DNA of 64,000 bases from a virus (lineage: Duplodnaviria > Caudoviricetes): positions 96,001 to 160,000 of the IMG/VR virus record IMGVR_UViG_3300047469_000103. One strand, given 5' to 3'. The translations under genes and the position numbers were made by a program. The notes beneath the pieces are model-generated. The model saw only the letters and a program-made list of their open reading frames with translations. It was not told where the DNA came from and did not search any database. Shown piece after piece: positions 36,115 to 45,319 of this stretch (positions are counted from its first letter, which is position 1; each line of letters begins with the position of its first letter).

Positions 36115-36237
36115 TTAAATCCTCTTAGGGTCAGGTTCTTCAATGCACGACAGCGCGTAGGAAACGGCGCCGATAATAAAAGAAAGAGCAACGACGCATC
36201 CTGCGAATTGCAGCGTCAATAACAAAGGCGATTCCAT
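36115..36237 (-). CDS. Single-TM microprotein (40 aa), not in ORF track
   Basis: MESPLLLTLQFAGCVVALSFIIGAVSYALSCIEEPDPKRI; TAGGA RBS. Confidence 0.65.
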   Translation of the reverse strand: MESPLLLTLQFAGCVVALSFIIGAVSYALSCIEEPDPKRI

Positions 36238-36247
36238 ATCGTTTTAA

Positions 36248-36284
36248 TTGTCCTACAGGCAAGCGGAGCCGAAGCCCCGCCGCA
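36248..36284 (-). promoter_or_regulatory. UUCG hairpin followed by CCTGTAGGACAA box
   Basis: GCGGCGGGGC-TTCG-GCTCCGCTTGC then CCTGTAGGACAA; same 12-mer at 41932. Confidence 0.6.
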
Positions 36285-36293
36285 TGGTAAAAG

Positions 36294-36590
36294 TTAAACC
36301 GGGTACGACATACAAACGACAGCAAGACGTTTGCGTTTCAAATGCTGAATACTGCCGTGGCCGTCCACAATAACGAAAGGCACATCGGTACAGGCTTCGA
36401 TGCGATCAATGAGAGATTGCACCGTCGCGCTGTTATTCAGCGAGCGTTCCCAAATGTACGGTTTGCATTTGGTCGATGCTGGCGCACGGAAAACAATGCG
36501 CAGACATTCCTGTTCGTACACGGCCATTTCGATCAGGCCGAGTTCGCTGGTCAGTTCGTGCAATTCCGGTGCTGGCTTTTTATCGCTCAT
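36294..36590 (-). CDS. Hypothetical protein (98 aa)
   Basis: ATGA coupling. Confidence 0.75.
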   Translation of the reverse strand: MSDKKPAPELHELTSELGLIEMAVYEQECLRIVFRAPASTKCKPYIWERSLNNSATVQSLIDRIEACTDVPFVIVDGHGSIQHLKRKRLAVVCMSYPV

Positions 36591-37144
36591 TTGCGGTTCG
36601 CCTCGTTCTTGTCCAGATTTGCAGCGTTGCGAATCAGCATATTACCGGAATGACCACGGACGGTTTCCATTTCGGTCTGGCGGTAAATGTAGATACACAG
36701 GTCGCAAAGCTTTTTACCGGTGATAAGCATGTGGCTGATATCCTCGACGAATTTATCACGCGTCAGGGTATGGAAACGATGTTCTGCTTCAGCCGGTTCA
36801 CTTTTCACGGCCAGCGTAACGCCGATGGTATCGAAAATCAGTTTCTCGAAATCCGCCGTTGTGATCGTCCAGCTATTCGGAATGATCGACGGTTTGTCGT
36901 CTACAGGTTTCGGTGCTTTTCCACCTTCCAGCCATTTGCCGGTTTCGATCAACTGTTCGATTCCGTCAAACCACGCATTGAGCTTTTTGTCTTCGTCGTC
37001 GAGCGACACTTCGACTTTGCCTTCTGCGAAAACGGTGCCGTGACAGCAAACGTTATTCAGCGCGATTGCAAAACGATGCGGCCCAACTTCTTTAATCAAC
37101 GCCGACAGAACGGATTCAGTTACAGCGTTCGCTTTAGTGCCCAT
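36587..37144 (-). CDS. Hypothetical protein (185 aa); first gene after P37.2
   Basis: Conserved leader box upstream. Confidence 0.85.
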   Translation of the reverse strand: MGTKANAVTESVLSALIKEVGPHRFAIALNNVCCHGTVFAEGKVEVSLDDEDKKLNAWFDGIEQLIETGKWLEGGKAPKPVDDKPSIIPNSWTITTADFEKLIFDTIGVTLAVKSEPAEAEHRFHTLTRDKFVEDISHMLITGKKLCDLCIYIYRQTEMETVRGHSGNMLIRNAANLDKNEANRK

Positions 37145-37149
37145 AATTC

Positions 37150-37170
37150 AAACTTCCTTTAAAGCGTGAG
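37150..37170 (-). promoter_or_regulatory. Conserved leader/RBS box (CTCACG-cttt-AAAGGAAGTTT)
   Basis: Seen directly. Confidence 0.8.
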
Positions 37171-37204
37171 TGTTGTAGTAGCGGCCAATCAAAGACCAGC
37201 CGCC

Positions 37205-37233
37205 ACAATACCATTCGTCGCCCTACCAGTCAA
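37205..37233 (-). promoter_or_regulatory. sigma70-like promoter P37.2
   Basis: TTGACT-17 nt-TATTGT with TG extended -10. Confidence 0.8.
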
Positions 37234-37528
37234 GCCGGGGGTGTGGGTCGAAGTAGGAGAACGCCCCAGCGGCAGCCCATACGGCAGCGGCAGGCGTAGA
37301 GGTGGTTAGGCCGGTCGTAGCGCCTTCCCGGTTGTACGTTCGATTCACGCATGCGCCTTTATGCGAAAGGTCACATTTCAAAATCAAAACGCCCGTATCC
37401 CAAAGCGAAAGAGTCCAACCTGCATCATGTTCAATCGTCGATGAAATAAGCCCGCGATTAATTGCGCACGCTTCCGCATCTTTAATCATCTGTTCGGTTT
37501 GCAGGCGTTCCAATTTTGTCTGGCGCAT
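37223..37528 (-). CDS. Hypothetical protein (101 aa)
   Basis: AAGGA RBS; TAG stop overlaps the promoter spacer. Confidence 0.75.
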   Translation of the reverse strand: MRQTKLERLQTEQMIKDAEACAINRGLISSTIEHDAGWTLSLWDTGVLILKCDLSHKGACVNRTYNREGATTGLTTSTPAAAVWAAAGAFSYFDPHPRLDW

Positions 37529-37537
37529 ATCTAGTCC

Positions 37538-38041
37538 TTAATCTGCTCGCTGCAATACTTCAGCCATTTCCATTTCGATGGCTTCGTATCGCTCATTCAT
37601 TACAGTCACGTCGTTTTGTAAATCGCCGTTCTGCTTTTTCAGTTCTTCGATTTGCTCGTGCAGCGCCACAATTTCATCGCGCTGTGTCTCGATGCACTCT
37701 GCCTTATTTCGTACCGTTTGGTCACGACGACCAACACGCGCAGCCAACACTTCGTTATCTTGCTGTAGGCGCGTGACGCTTAATGCTTGTCGGTTAATCG
37801 TTTGGTCACGACGACCGATGCGCTGATTCAGTTTGTCGATGTACGCATTCTTTTGTGCGCAGACTTTTTCTACGCGCAGAACGTGTGCCTTCAGCGTTTC
37901 GATGCGTTTGTTTTTGCTTGCGTGAATTCGAACGATGCGGCGTTCACAGTATTTCCACACAGCTTCGCCTTGTTTGTTTGGTTCGGCGTGTTCTCGCATT
38001 CCGGCAAGCGCAACATTACGACCGTGGTATTCTTTATTCAT
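37538..38041 (-). CDS. Coiled-coil protein with internal 28-aa repeat
   Basis: GRRDQT twice; 18-nt direct repeat at 37715-37732 and 37799-37816. Confidence 0.8.
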   Translation of the reverse strand: MNKEYHGRNVALAGMREHAEPNKQGEAVWKYCERRIVRIHASKNKRIETLKAHVLRVEKVCAQKNAYIDKLNQRIGRRDQTINRQALSVTRLQQDNEVLAARVGRRDQTVRNKAECIETQRDEIVALHEQIEELKKQNGDLQNDVTVMNERYEAIEMEMAEVLQRAD

Positions 38042-38831
38042 TTGTCAGCCCCAGCAGCGTGTGGATTTCTGCGAATTTGTTGTTCGCGAAAGTATATTTG
38101 TTGTGCTGCTTTTCTTTGTTGGCGCGTTGTGGAACATCCACCGATTTGTGATGATCGAAAAGACCGCGCAGCGTTGTGGTGTAGGTCAGTTCCGGTTCGT
38201 TGAAAAACGCCCACTCATACATCCGCACAATCAGGTTCGTGTGTGGATCGTGCTTGCCGGAAATGTAGTCTTGGATGTTCAGCTTTGGCATTACGCCGAG
38301 TTCCAATTGCAGCGCGGTGAAAACGTAACGGAAAATCTGGCGTTTACGTTTCGCACGTTCTTCGTCGTCGGTCGATTCTTCGTACTGCTTTTTCAGCGTG
38401 TGCAAACTGCCAACACAGGAACGGAACATTTCGCGAGCGTCGAAGTAATGGTGACACACTTCCTGCAAGCAGGTGTACACGTTGTTGTATTTGAAATTGA
38501 GGTTGTTGCAGCCGCCACCAACAACTTCGAAAATTGGCAGATTGGATTGCGTGCAAAGGCGCAGCGCTTTTTCCAGCGAAAAGAATTGCACGTCGGACGG
38601 AACCTGATTACCAGCGGCGTCAGTGAACGGAAACTTTTCTTTGTGCGTGGCACGTGGATAAGTGTTCAAGTCCAACTTTTTGTCGATGCCGATTACGGTG
38701 AAATCGAAGTCACTCAAATCGGTATGGGTGCCCCACGAACGCGAGCCAGTTTCTGCGATTACCAGCGGCGTGATTTCCAACCGGTGGCGCAGAGTTTGTT
38801 CTAACAAAACACCGTCATGTTGCTGATTCAT
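38034..38831 (-). CDS. Nucleotidyltransferase (RlaP/YcgL-like, Pol-beta superfamily)
   Basis: ETGSRSWGTHTDLSDFDF (GS..G...SDxD), DVQFFSLEK.L.L...SN..IFE. Confidence 0.85.
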   Translation of the reverse strand: MNQQHDGVLLEQTLRHRLEITPLVIAETGSRSWGTHTDLSDFDFTVIGIDKKLDLNTYPRATHKEKFPFTDAAGNQVPSDVQFFSLEKALRLCTQSNLPIFEVVGGGCNNLNFKYNNVYTCLQEVCHHYFDAREMFRSCVGSLHTLKKQYEESTDDEERAKRKRQIFRYVFTALQLELGVMPKLNIQDYISGKHDPHTNLIVRMYEWAFFNEPELTYTTTLRGLFDHHKSVDVPQRANKEKQHNKYTFANNKFAEIHTLLGLTNE

Positions 38832-39220
38832 TTTGCGTCCCGTTGGATTTCTGCGTGAGTGTGCAATTCAGGTTTCGGTTCGGCGCTGCCGAGAGTCATT
38901 GCGCGATAACGTTCCAAATCTGCTTCGCGTGCAATGTCCCACAGGTTTTGTGAAACGGTGCGCGATTTGAACAGTTTCAGTTTCATGCCTTCGCAGATAA
39001 AGATTGCTTCGGCCACTTCGTAATAAGGCTTCGGCAATTTCTCGCATTTAACTTTCATCACAACGCGGTTGCCGATGCTGTACGCGTTGTCACCGAGGAA
39101 ACCCGCGTAACGAACAATTTGATCCGGGGTAACAACTACGTCCGGCGCTTCCATTGCAGCTTTGTCGGCAACTACACGCAGAGCCGCAGCGTTGAAGAAA
39201 ATCAGAATAAAAGTGTTCAT
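38828..39220 (-). CDS. Hypothetical protein (130 aa)
   Basis: Start set at 39220 (GAGG RBS). Confidence 0.75.
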   Translation of the reverse strand: MNTFILIFFNAAALRVVADKAAMEAPDVVVTPDQIVRYAGFLGDNAYSIGNRVVMKVKCEKLPKPYYEVAEAIFICEGMKLKLFKSRTVSQNLWDIAREADLERYRAMTLGSAEPKPELHTHAEIQRDAK

Positions 39221-39221
39221 G

Positions 39222-40040
39222 TTAACCCTCGGAATCCAAATGAAGTTTGGCAGCAAGTTCTGTAAGCGAGCCGGTAATTACATGCGGGGTTTTCGTCTGC
39301 GCATGCACAACCGTGACTTCGATTTCATCGTGGAAATCAGAAAGCGGATACGGGTCAATCATGCGCTCGACGATGTAGGTTCCCACAATGTCGTCAACAA
39401 CCATAACCACAGCACCGGCGCGGGCGATTTGCGAAACGATTTTGTTCTCGACAAAAACCGATTCCATTTGCTGTTCGGTCAGGGCCAGAATGTTGTCGTA
39501 CATAACGCCGTAATCTTTCACTTCACGGAACAATTGCACCGGCTTATTTTTCGCGTTGATCGACGGGCCGAGGTATTGCAAACGCGCTGGCGCTTCGACA
39601 ACGTGTAACGTGTGATTGGTAAACGACGGACAGGAAATATCGTTCACCAAAAGATACGTTTGGTTGCGCAGCAGTTCCAGCGACACAGAACAGTTTTGTG
39701 CAATGTTGCGCATCGGCGTGCGGATTTCATCGTAACCGGTGATATGCACGTCTTCGAAATTCAACATCGTTTTCGCAAGGATCATGCTGTCGGTATCGCC
39801 ACGGCTGGAAAGATTCAGCGAATCTGAATTGCCCCAGCAAGTAAATGGGAAACCTTCGCTGCAAAAACCAGCAGAAACAACCTTGACGTTTTCAACCGGG
39901 GTGCTGAAGTTTGCAGCTACGCACGGCACCAATGCTTCGGCCATCATCGCATGCACCAAATGATCGTGGTGCATCACGCCGACTTCGACAAACATGTTTG
40001 CACCTTTTGGCAAACGTACTTGGAAAATTTCGTATTTCAT
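39222..40040 (-). CDS. Hypothetical protein (272 aa)
   Basis: ATGA coupling. Confidence 0.8.
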   Translation of the reverse strand: MKYEIFQVRLPKGANMFVEVGVMHHDHLVHAMMAEALVPCVAANFSTPVENVKVVSAGFCSEGFPFTCWGNSDSLNLSSRGDTDSMILAKTMLNFEDVHITGYDEIRTPMRNIAQNCSVSLELLRNQTYLLVNDISCPSFTNHTLHVVEAPARLQYLGPSINAKNKPVQLFREVKDYGVMYDNILALTEQQMESVFVENKIVSQIARAGAVVMVVDDIVGTYIVERMIDPYPLSDFHDEIEVTVVHAQTKTPHVITGSLTELAAKLHLDSEG

Positions 40041-40336
40041 TTTGGCACCGATACGAGGGTGATTTTTGGAATCAGTTGGAAATGCACGCGGCGGCAGTAA
40101 TACGCTTCCCCGTCACGCACTTCAATTCCGTCGAGATACGTCAGGTTGATTGCCGTCATATTTTTACTTTGTTCAAGTCGTAAAATGGCGGCATTAATAT
40201 TTCCATTTGCGCGACGCTTGTAGTTCTCCAGTCGCGTCAGGATGTAGGAGTTGTCAGCGTCCGGCCCGCCAGAAATATCGTCACCGATTTTGATGCTGTG
40301 CTGGCGCGATTGCAGCGGTAGGTTTTCACGAAACAT
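40037..40336 (-). CDS. Hypothetical protein (99 aa)
   Basis: GGGAG RBS. Confidence 0.75.
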   Translation of the reverse strand: MFRENLPLQSRQHSIKIGDDISGGPDADNSYILTRLENYKRRANGNINAAILRLEQSKNMTAINLTYLDGIEVRDGEAYYCRRVHFQLIPKITLVSVPK

Positions 40337-40613
40337 TTTTCTTCTCCCGCATGAAAACCCAATTACCTAGCGGCCTGATAATCAGCGGTGAACCCATGAT
40401 TACCAGCCAGACAATTTGAAACTGGAAACCGTAGGAATCCCAACGCGGCCCCATACGTCCGAGTTCCGGCCAATCGAGGAAATCCAGCGTGAGCATTACA
40501 GCCGATGGGATTGCATACAGGGTAGACCAGACGATTAGCCACTTCGCACGACGGCGAAGACCTTTCCATTTTGCTTTCAGGAATTTAATCAATTTATTTC
40601 TCCAGCTTCCCAA
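40326..40613 (-). CDS. Two-TM membrane protein
   Basis: Two hydrophobic stretches. Confidence 0.75.
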   Translation of the reverse strand: MGSWRNKLIKFLKAKWKGLRRRAKWLIVWSTLYAIPSAVMLTLDFLDWPELGRMGPRWDSYGFQFQIVWLVIMGSPLIIRPLGNWVFMREKKNVS

Positions 40614-41284
40614 CGCTTAAACAAGTCATACAAACCTGCCGGATGATAAACCATGCTGACTTCCCAATTGTTGAAACGCTCACGCCACGTTTCTAACGGC
40701 TGGTACAAATCACCGGCACGCAGGAATTCTTTTGCGTACTCACACCAGAACATGATGCGCCCATCCGTGTGTACGAATGCAGTGAAAAACAAATCGTCCC
40801 ATTTGATAACCGCACCGCCCACCATTTCAGGCAAGTGGAAGTTTGGTTGGTGCGCAATGCACAGCGGTTCGTATTGTGCCCGTCCCTCTGCAATCAAATC
40901 TTTTTCTTTCTTGATTTCCCCGATGCGCATTGGCACCGTGGTATAGCTACGTTTTTCACCATCGGGCGGATTCATGTTTTCCTGAATCGCTGCGAGAATT
41001 GCATGCGGCATTTTCTCGCTAAGCATCGCCTGAAACACCAACGCACCTTCTTCAGTAAAGTACGTGTTTTCTACATCGCCGCCGTGAACGTATTTCACCA
41101 GTAGCAATTGTTTGGTTTTACCGTCCGAGCCTGTCCCGAAATATTGGACAATACCGAAGTCGCCCTCTTCCCCGTCCACGTACACATAATCGTCGTGGTT
41201 GGTTTCGAGCGTATCTTCCCACGCTTCAATCGGTGCCTTTAAAAGATGCACCAAAGCGTTACCGAATTCAGTTGAACCGAGCAT
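40589..41284 (-). CDS. Hypothetical protein (231 aa)
   Basis: AGGGA RBS. Confidence 0.8.
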   Translation of the reverse strand: MLGSTEFGNALVHLLKAPIEAWEDTLETNHDDYVYVDGEEGDFGIVQYFGTGSDGKTKQLLLVKYVHGGDVENTYFTEEGALVFQAMLSEKMPHAILAAIQENMNPPDGEKRSYTTVPMRIGEIKKEKDLIAEGRAQYEPLCIAHQPNFHLPEMVGGAVIKWDDLFFTAFVHTDGRIMFWCEYAKEFLRAGDLYQPLETWRERFNNWEVSMVYHPAGLYDLFKRWEAGEIN

Positions 41285-41293
41285 GATATGTCC

Positions 41294-41566
41294 CTATGGT
41301 TTTAACAGAAGAAATTCGACCTTCACCAGAACCGCTGGCTTGTCTTTACGCACCACAAAACTTTCGTGATGAATGCGATCAATTGCACGGCGCCCGGTTT
41401 CTTTTTCCAGCTTCGCGATTGCTTCATTCACTTTATGCAAAGCGCTTTCACGACAGTAGCGAACCGACTCCGCGAGACTGCTGATTGTTTCCTGCCGACC
41501 TACACGCTCTTGCATAGGCAGATGCACCGTATATTGACGGCTGTACAATTCGTTTTTATCAAACAT
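41294..41566 (-). CDS. Hypothetical protein (90 aa)
   Basis: Tiles. Confidence 0.75.
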   Translation of the reverse strand: MFDKNELYSRQYTVHLPMQERVGRQETISSLAESVRYCRESALHKVNEAIAKLEKETGRRAIDRIHHESFVVRKDKPAVLVKVEFLLLKP

Positions 41567-41569
41567 AAA

Positions 41570-41920
41570 TCACCAATCCGATGGATGCCAGTATTCCAGA
41601 TTGCTTTTCAGCTTAGTCATTTCTTCCGGGTAGATGCCGCGCTTTTCTGCCAGTTCGAAAATCTCTTTCTTTACCTGTGCAGTCAGTTCTTTACGCTTCT
41701 TGAATTCCGGGTCGTAGGTGCAGACTTTCGCCAGACCAACTTTCATGAAATTCGGAGTGAATTCATAACGCGCACCACACTGGAAAGTAATCGACTCGTT
41801 CCAGTGACCACAGGTGTGCAATTCCCACTTGCGAGTTTCTTTTACGGTGCTGTTGCCGCACTTCAGGCAGCAGGTGATTTCCGAAATCCGTTTGATGCCA
41901 ATACTGTAATCAGTTTGCAT
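41570..41920 (-). CDS. Zn-binding hypothetical protein (116 aa)
   Basis: CLKCG...HTCGH...FQCG. Confidence 0.8.
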   Translation of the reverse strand: MQTDYSIGIKRISEITCCLKCGNSTVKETRKWELHTCGHWNESITFQCGARYEFTPNFMKVGLAKVCTYDPEFKKRKELTAQVKKEIFELAEKRGIYPEEMTKLKSNLEYWHPSDW

Positions 41921-41931
41921 AATTCTTTTCC

Positions 41932-41975
41932 TTGTCCTACAGGGAAAGGGCGAAGGAAAAATCCCCCGCCCCTTT
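41932..41975 (-). promoter_or_regulatory. GC hairpin followed by CCTGTAGGACAA box
   Basis: GGGGCGGGGGA-TTTT-TCCTTCGCCCT then CCTGTAGGACAA. Confidence 0.6.
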
Positions 41976-41977
41976 TG

Positions 41978-42298
41978 TCAGTCCAGCACTACGCCGTTTT
42001 GAATGCGCACATGTTCACGGTAGAAAATCGCCGTGTAGAGAAAACCGGGCCACGCAATCAGAGTCCCGACAAAACCGCCAACAATCAAACCTGCATATTT
42101 CGAAGTATCTGCATCTTTGAAGAGGGCGTAATTCGGAATCATTGTGCGGGCACGTTCTGCTGCGTGAGCTTTCGACGTACCAGAAACCAGAATGGCTTCA
42201 CCGGCGCCGTAGCTTGCAATGCGGGCAATTGCTTTCTGCGAAACAAACGCAGAAGTTACAATGCCGATTACGAGATACCACAGGACGAATACGAGCAT
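41978..42298 (-). CDS. Two-TM membrane protein (106 aa)
   Basis: TAATG coupling to the LemA-like gene. Confidence 0.8.
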   Translation of the reverse strand: MLVFVLWYLVIGIVTSAFVSQKAIARIASYGAGEAILVSGTSKAHAAERARTMIPNYALFKDADTSKYAGLIVGGFVGTLIAWPGFLYTAIFYREHVRIQNGVVLD

Positions 42299-42873
42299 TA
42301 GTAAAGCCCGCCGTCAGTGCCAGTCTTGAACGATTCTGCCGACTTGTCATTCAGCAGAACTTTGAAATCATCAGTGTCGCCATTACAGCCGGTGTGCAGA
42401 GTAGGCAGACCGAAGAAACTCAGGATCGGGCCATGCGGGAAATTGCGGGAAATATCACACGCGTTACGTTTGCGATCTACCAGCATTTTTTCCGACTTCA
42501 GGAATTCGGTACGACCGCTATCAATGATGTTCATGATTTTGGTGTACAGTTCCGGCGACGGCGCAACGTTGTGTTCTTTCAACATTGTGACCATCGGGTT
42601 TTTCCCATCGTTACGACTGTGAATCTGTTCGTTAACGGTGGCCTTGATATCGTCTACGCTCATGCCGCGAATGCCGATGGTTTCTTTAACCTTCTGGCTG
42701 ATATTCGACAGCGTGGTTTGACGGCTTTCGTTCGCTGCGACAATTCCGTTTTCCAGCTTCACGAAATTATTGCGGATGCCCACGGCCCAAATGATCGTAA
42801 CGATCAGCAGACCAATGAAAGCGAGGCTGATAGCACCGCCAATACCGATTGCACCACGTTGATTGCGTTTCAT
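42298..42873 (-). CDS. LemA-like protein (N-terminal TM plus helical bundle)
   Basis: TM then NNFVKLENGI.A...., ELY..I..II.SGR.EF...E..L.D.K......FP..PI pattern. Confidence 0.7.
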   Translation of the reverse strand: MKRNQRGAIGIGGAISLAFIGLLIVTIIWAVGIRNNFVKLENGIVAANESRQTTLSNISQKVKETIGIRGMSVDDIKATVNEQIHSRNDGKNPMVTMLKEHNVAPSPELYTKIMNIIDSGRTEFLKSEKMLVDRKRNACDISRNFPHGPILSFFGLPTLHTGCNGDTDDFKVLLNDKSAESFKTGTDGGLY

Positions 42874-42899
42874 GATTTTCCTTAATGAGTATTTTGCGT

Positions 42900-43955
42900 T
42901 TATACGAATCGACGGCGACGATAGCCGTAGCCACGTCTTCCGAACTTCTCGCTATATGCCTTTACAGTTAATCCCATGCAGGCCAACAGCAGGAACGTAC
43001 CGAGGATTTCCACCCAAAGCGGCGCGCTGTATTCGGATTCAAGGAAGTCGTATTGACGCAAATCTTCCCGTTCAAAATATGGCAGCGATAATTCAATCGC
43101 GCCAAGCAATTCACCAACGTCATAGGCGCCGAGCTTTCCAGCTTTTTCGGTCAGCACCATATTGAAGTCGGCCATTTCTTCGTTACGTTTCGTGTTGGTC
43201 GAACGGCTGAAGACTTCCGCTTTCTGCACCACGTTATCAGTGAGATAAAGTGTCAGAACAACATCGTTCTTTTTTCCGCCAGTCCACTTGTTCCGTAACG
43301 CATCGGAAAAGCCTACATCTTTCACCGCGTCCACAACGCAAACAATTACGTTCGCACCACGGAACGGCCCCCAGTCCCTTTGCGCAACTGCAAGTTTTCC
43401 AGAAAGTTCGTCGCTCGCCACAATTCGCGAAAGCCCACGATCCACTTGGAAGCCGTTGTAGATACTTGGATACTCAGGCAACCAACCGGTGTACTGATCT
43501 TGTTTATTCAGCATTACGGTTTGTTCACTAACGTACTGAAAATTCAGAAAACGTTTCGTGGTTGCGTAAGCATCGCCTAGCGCCGTGAACTTGTAGATTT
43601 CCGGCTCATTGGATTTCGAATACGTGTGTTCCGAATACGCATCGTCATCAATGTTGGAAATCACCGACCATTTCCACCGGGGAATTTGTCGGGTACAAGT
43701 TTTCGATTTGCCGTGAGAATCCGTGCCGCAACTGTACGTTTCCGTTTCAGGATCATACGTGCGTTTCTTCGCGACGACTGCGCCCGAAAGCAATTCTACA
43801 TCCGAGGCTTGAGCATACAGAGCGCCATAATAAAAACCCACGGCAACAATGATGCCCACAGCCCCGGCCAGAAGTGCTTCGATTGCATCACGTCGCCACG
43901 CAAAAAGCGCGACAGCAGCAACCATTGCGATTGCCGTATACATGATGATATCCAA
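42900..43955 (-). CDS. Membrane protein with periplasmic TPM-like domain
   Basis: Two N-terminal TMs, NVIVCV...LRNKWTGGKKNDVVL, C-terminal TM and basic tail. Confidence 0.7.
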   Translation of the reverse strand: MDIIMYTAIAMVAAVALFAWRRDAIEALLAGAVGIIVAVGFYYGALYAQASDVELLSGAVVAKKRTYDPETETYSCGTDSHGKSKTCTRQIPRWKWSVISNIDDDAYSEHTYSKSNEPEIYKFTALGDAYATTKRFLNFQYVSEQTVMLNKQDQYTGWLPEYPSIYNGFQVDRGLSRIVASDELSGKLAVAQRDWGPFRGANVIVCVVDAVKDVGFSDALRNKWTGGKKNDVVLTLYLTDNVVQKAEVFSRSTNTKRNEEMADFNMVLTEKAGKLGAYDVGELLGAIELSLPYFEREDLRQYDFLESEYSAPLWVEILGTFLLLACMGLTVKAYSEKFGRRGYGYRRRRFV

Positions 43956-43960
43956 AACTT

Positions 43961-44434
43961 TTATTCCTCAGAAACGCCCGGTTTACGAACGATTACGTCG
44001 CCATATTCCAGCGCAGCATTCCACGCTTCTACCGTGTTATACGCACTGGTGCCGACGAACAGTGCGTTACGGGTTTCACGATCAAACAGCATGAACGTGT
44101 CTTCGTCGAGGAAACTAACGGTGAAATAACCGTCTTGGAATTTGAACACTTGCCCGCCGCGAATGATGTACAGCGGCAAACCTTTTTCGATATCGAACGC
44201 TTCGTTTTTCAGACGCATGCGCAACGCAGCTTCTTTCACAATCGGCCACGGAACAACTTCGCCTTTTTCGTCACAAACCAACTGGTGTTCGAAGTAGCCG
44301 TCGCCATCACCGAAACCGCGAATGATTTCGTCGGCGTAATTGGTGCTGGTCATTGGCACGCAGCCGGAATCATACAGCGCGTAAGCAATGGCTTCTTTGT
44401 CGTCGAGGGTCAGCAGATTGCGTTCGGTGTTCAT
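43961..44434 (-). CDS. Hypothetical protein (157 aa)
   Basis: TAATG coupling. Confidence 0.8.
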   Translation of the reverse strand: MNTERNLLTLDDKEAIAYALYDSGCVPMTSTNYADEIIRGFGDGDGYFEHQLVCDEKGEVVPWPIVKEAALRMRLKNEAFDIEKGLPLYIIRGGQVFKFQDGYFTVSFLDEDTFMLFDRETRNALFVGTSAYNTVEAWNAALEYGDVIVRKPGVSEE

Positions 44435-44661
44435 TATTGAATGCTCCAGAAACCGTGAGTGTCCACGTTGAAAGTTGTGTCGTATTGTTTGAGTGTTTCG
44501 ATTGCTTTGTTTGCACTTTCTTCCGACCGGAAATGCGCAGCCTCTTCCTTATTGTCGGTTGTCATCACGCCGTCACGATTGGAAGCGACGTAATAGAAAA
44601 TGCGGCCCTGTTCCGGCACATAAGTTCCTAGCACAAAAAGCTGATCCATTACCGCCTCCAA
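44434..44661 (-). CDS. Small protein, A-x2-F/Y family; tandem paralogue of 44649..44873
   Basis: LFVLGTY...FYY...G...T...EEAAHF....A. Confidence 0.8.
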   Translation of the reverse strand: MEAVMDQLFVLGTYVPEQGRIFYYVASNRDGVMTTDNKEEAAHFRSEESANKAIETLKQYDTTFNVDTHGFWSIQ

Positions 44662-44873
44662 TTCGTTGTCGGTACAACTTTGAAATTCACGCCCATTGCA
44701 TGCAGCGGTTTTGCAGCACCTTCGGCAGCTTGTAGCGTCAGGTAATGCGCTGCGTCTTCGGTTTTGTTAGAACACAGCAAACCATTCTCACCGCTCAGGC
44801 CACAGAAATAAAACGTGTCATCGTGGTCGGAACGATAGGCGCCGAGAATGTACATCTGCACCAATTCAGTCAT
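44649..44873 (-). CDS. Small protein, A-x2-F/Y family
   Basis: MYILGAY...FYF...G...S...EDAAHY....A. Confidence 0.8.
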   Translation of the reverse strand: MTELVQMYILGAYRSDHDDTFYFCGLSGENGLLCSNKTEDAAHYLTLQAAEGAAKPLHAMGVNFKVVPTTNWRR

Positions 44874-45319
44874 GGCAAAACTTCCGGTTCAAAATCATCT
44901 AATTCCACATAGCGAACCAGCGTACACAAATAACACTTGCGGCCTTTTTCATCAGTGCGTGACGCGTGGTGATTGCCGTAGCCGTTCCAGTGTTCCCACC
45001 CGTCAGCCGCGAGTTTTGCCGGAACCTTTACACCGCTTTTCCTTTCGAGCAATTTGTACGACATTGTTTCGCGTCGTTTGCCATAATGGCCCATACCGCG
45101 TTCGTCGAATTCGATTTTACACGGACGATCCATCAGATTGCCCAACGCGAGCATTAATTCGGCTGCGTCAATTTGCACATCCAACAAACGAAAGCCGGTC
45201 AGGTTGTCTTTTACAGAAATTCGAAATGCGGTTTTGCCATCGTCGGATTCTGCACTGCGCCCGATGCTTAACGTTGTTGGGGATTCCTTTTCAAGAATCC
45301 GTTTAATCGTGCGACTCAT
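44870..45319 (-). CDS. Hypothetical protein (149 aa)
   Basis: ATGA coupling. Confidence 0.8.
   Translation of the reverse strand: MSRTIKRILEKESPTTLSIGRSAESDDGKTAFRISVKDNLTGFRLLDVQIDAAELMLALGNLMDRPCKIEFDERGMGHYGKRRETMSYKLLERKSGVKVPAKLAADGWEHWNGYGNHHASRTDEKGRKCYLCTLVRYVELDDFEPEVLP

Noticed and set aside
42850-42873. Prepilin-like leader (KRNQRG/AI) on the LemA-like protein
   Set aside because: No Phe/Met at +1 and no Glu at +5; a plain signal anchor explains it.
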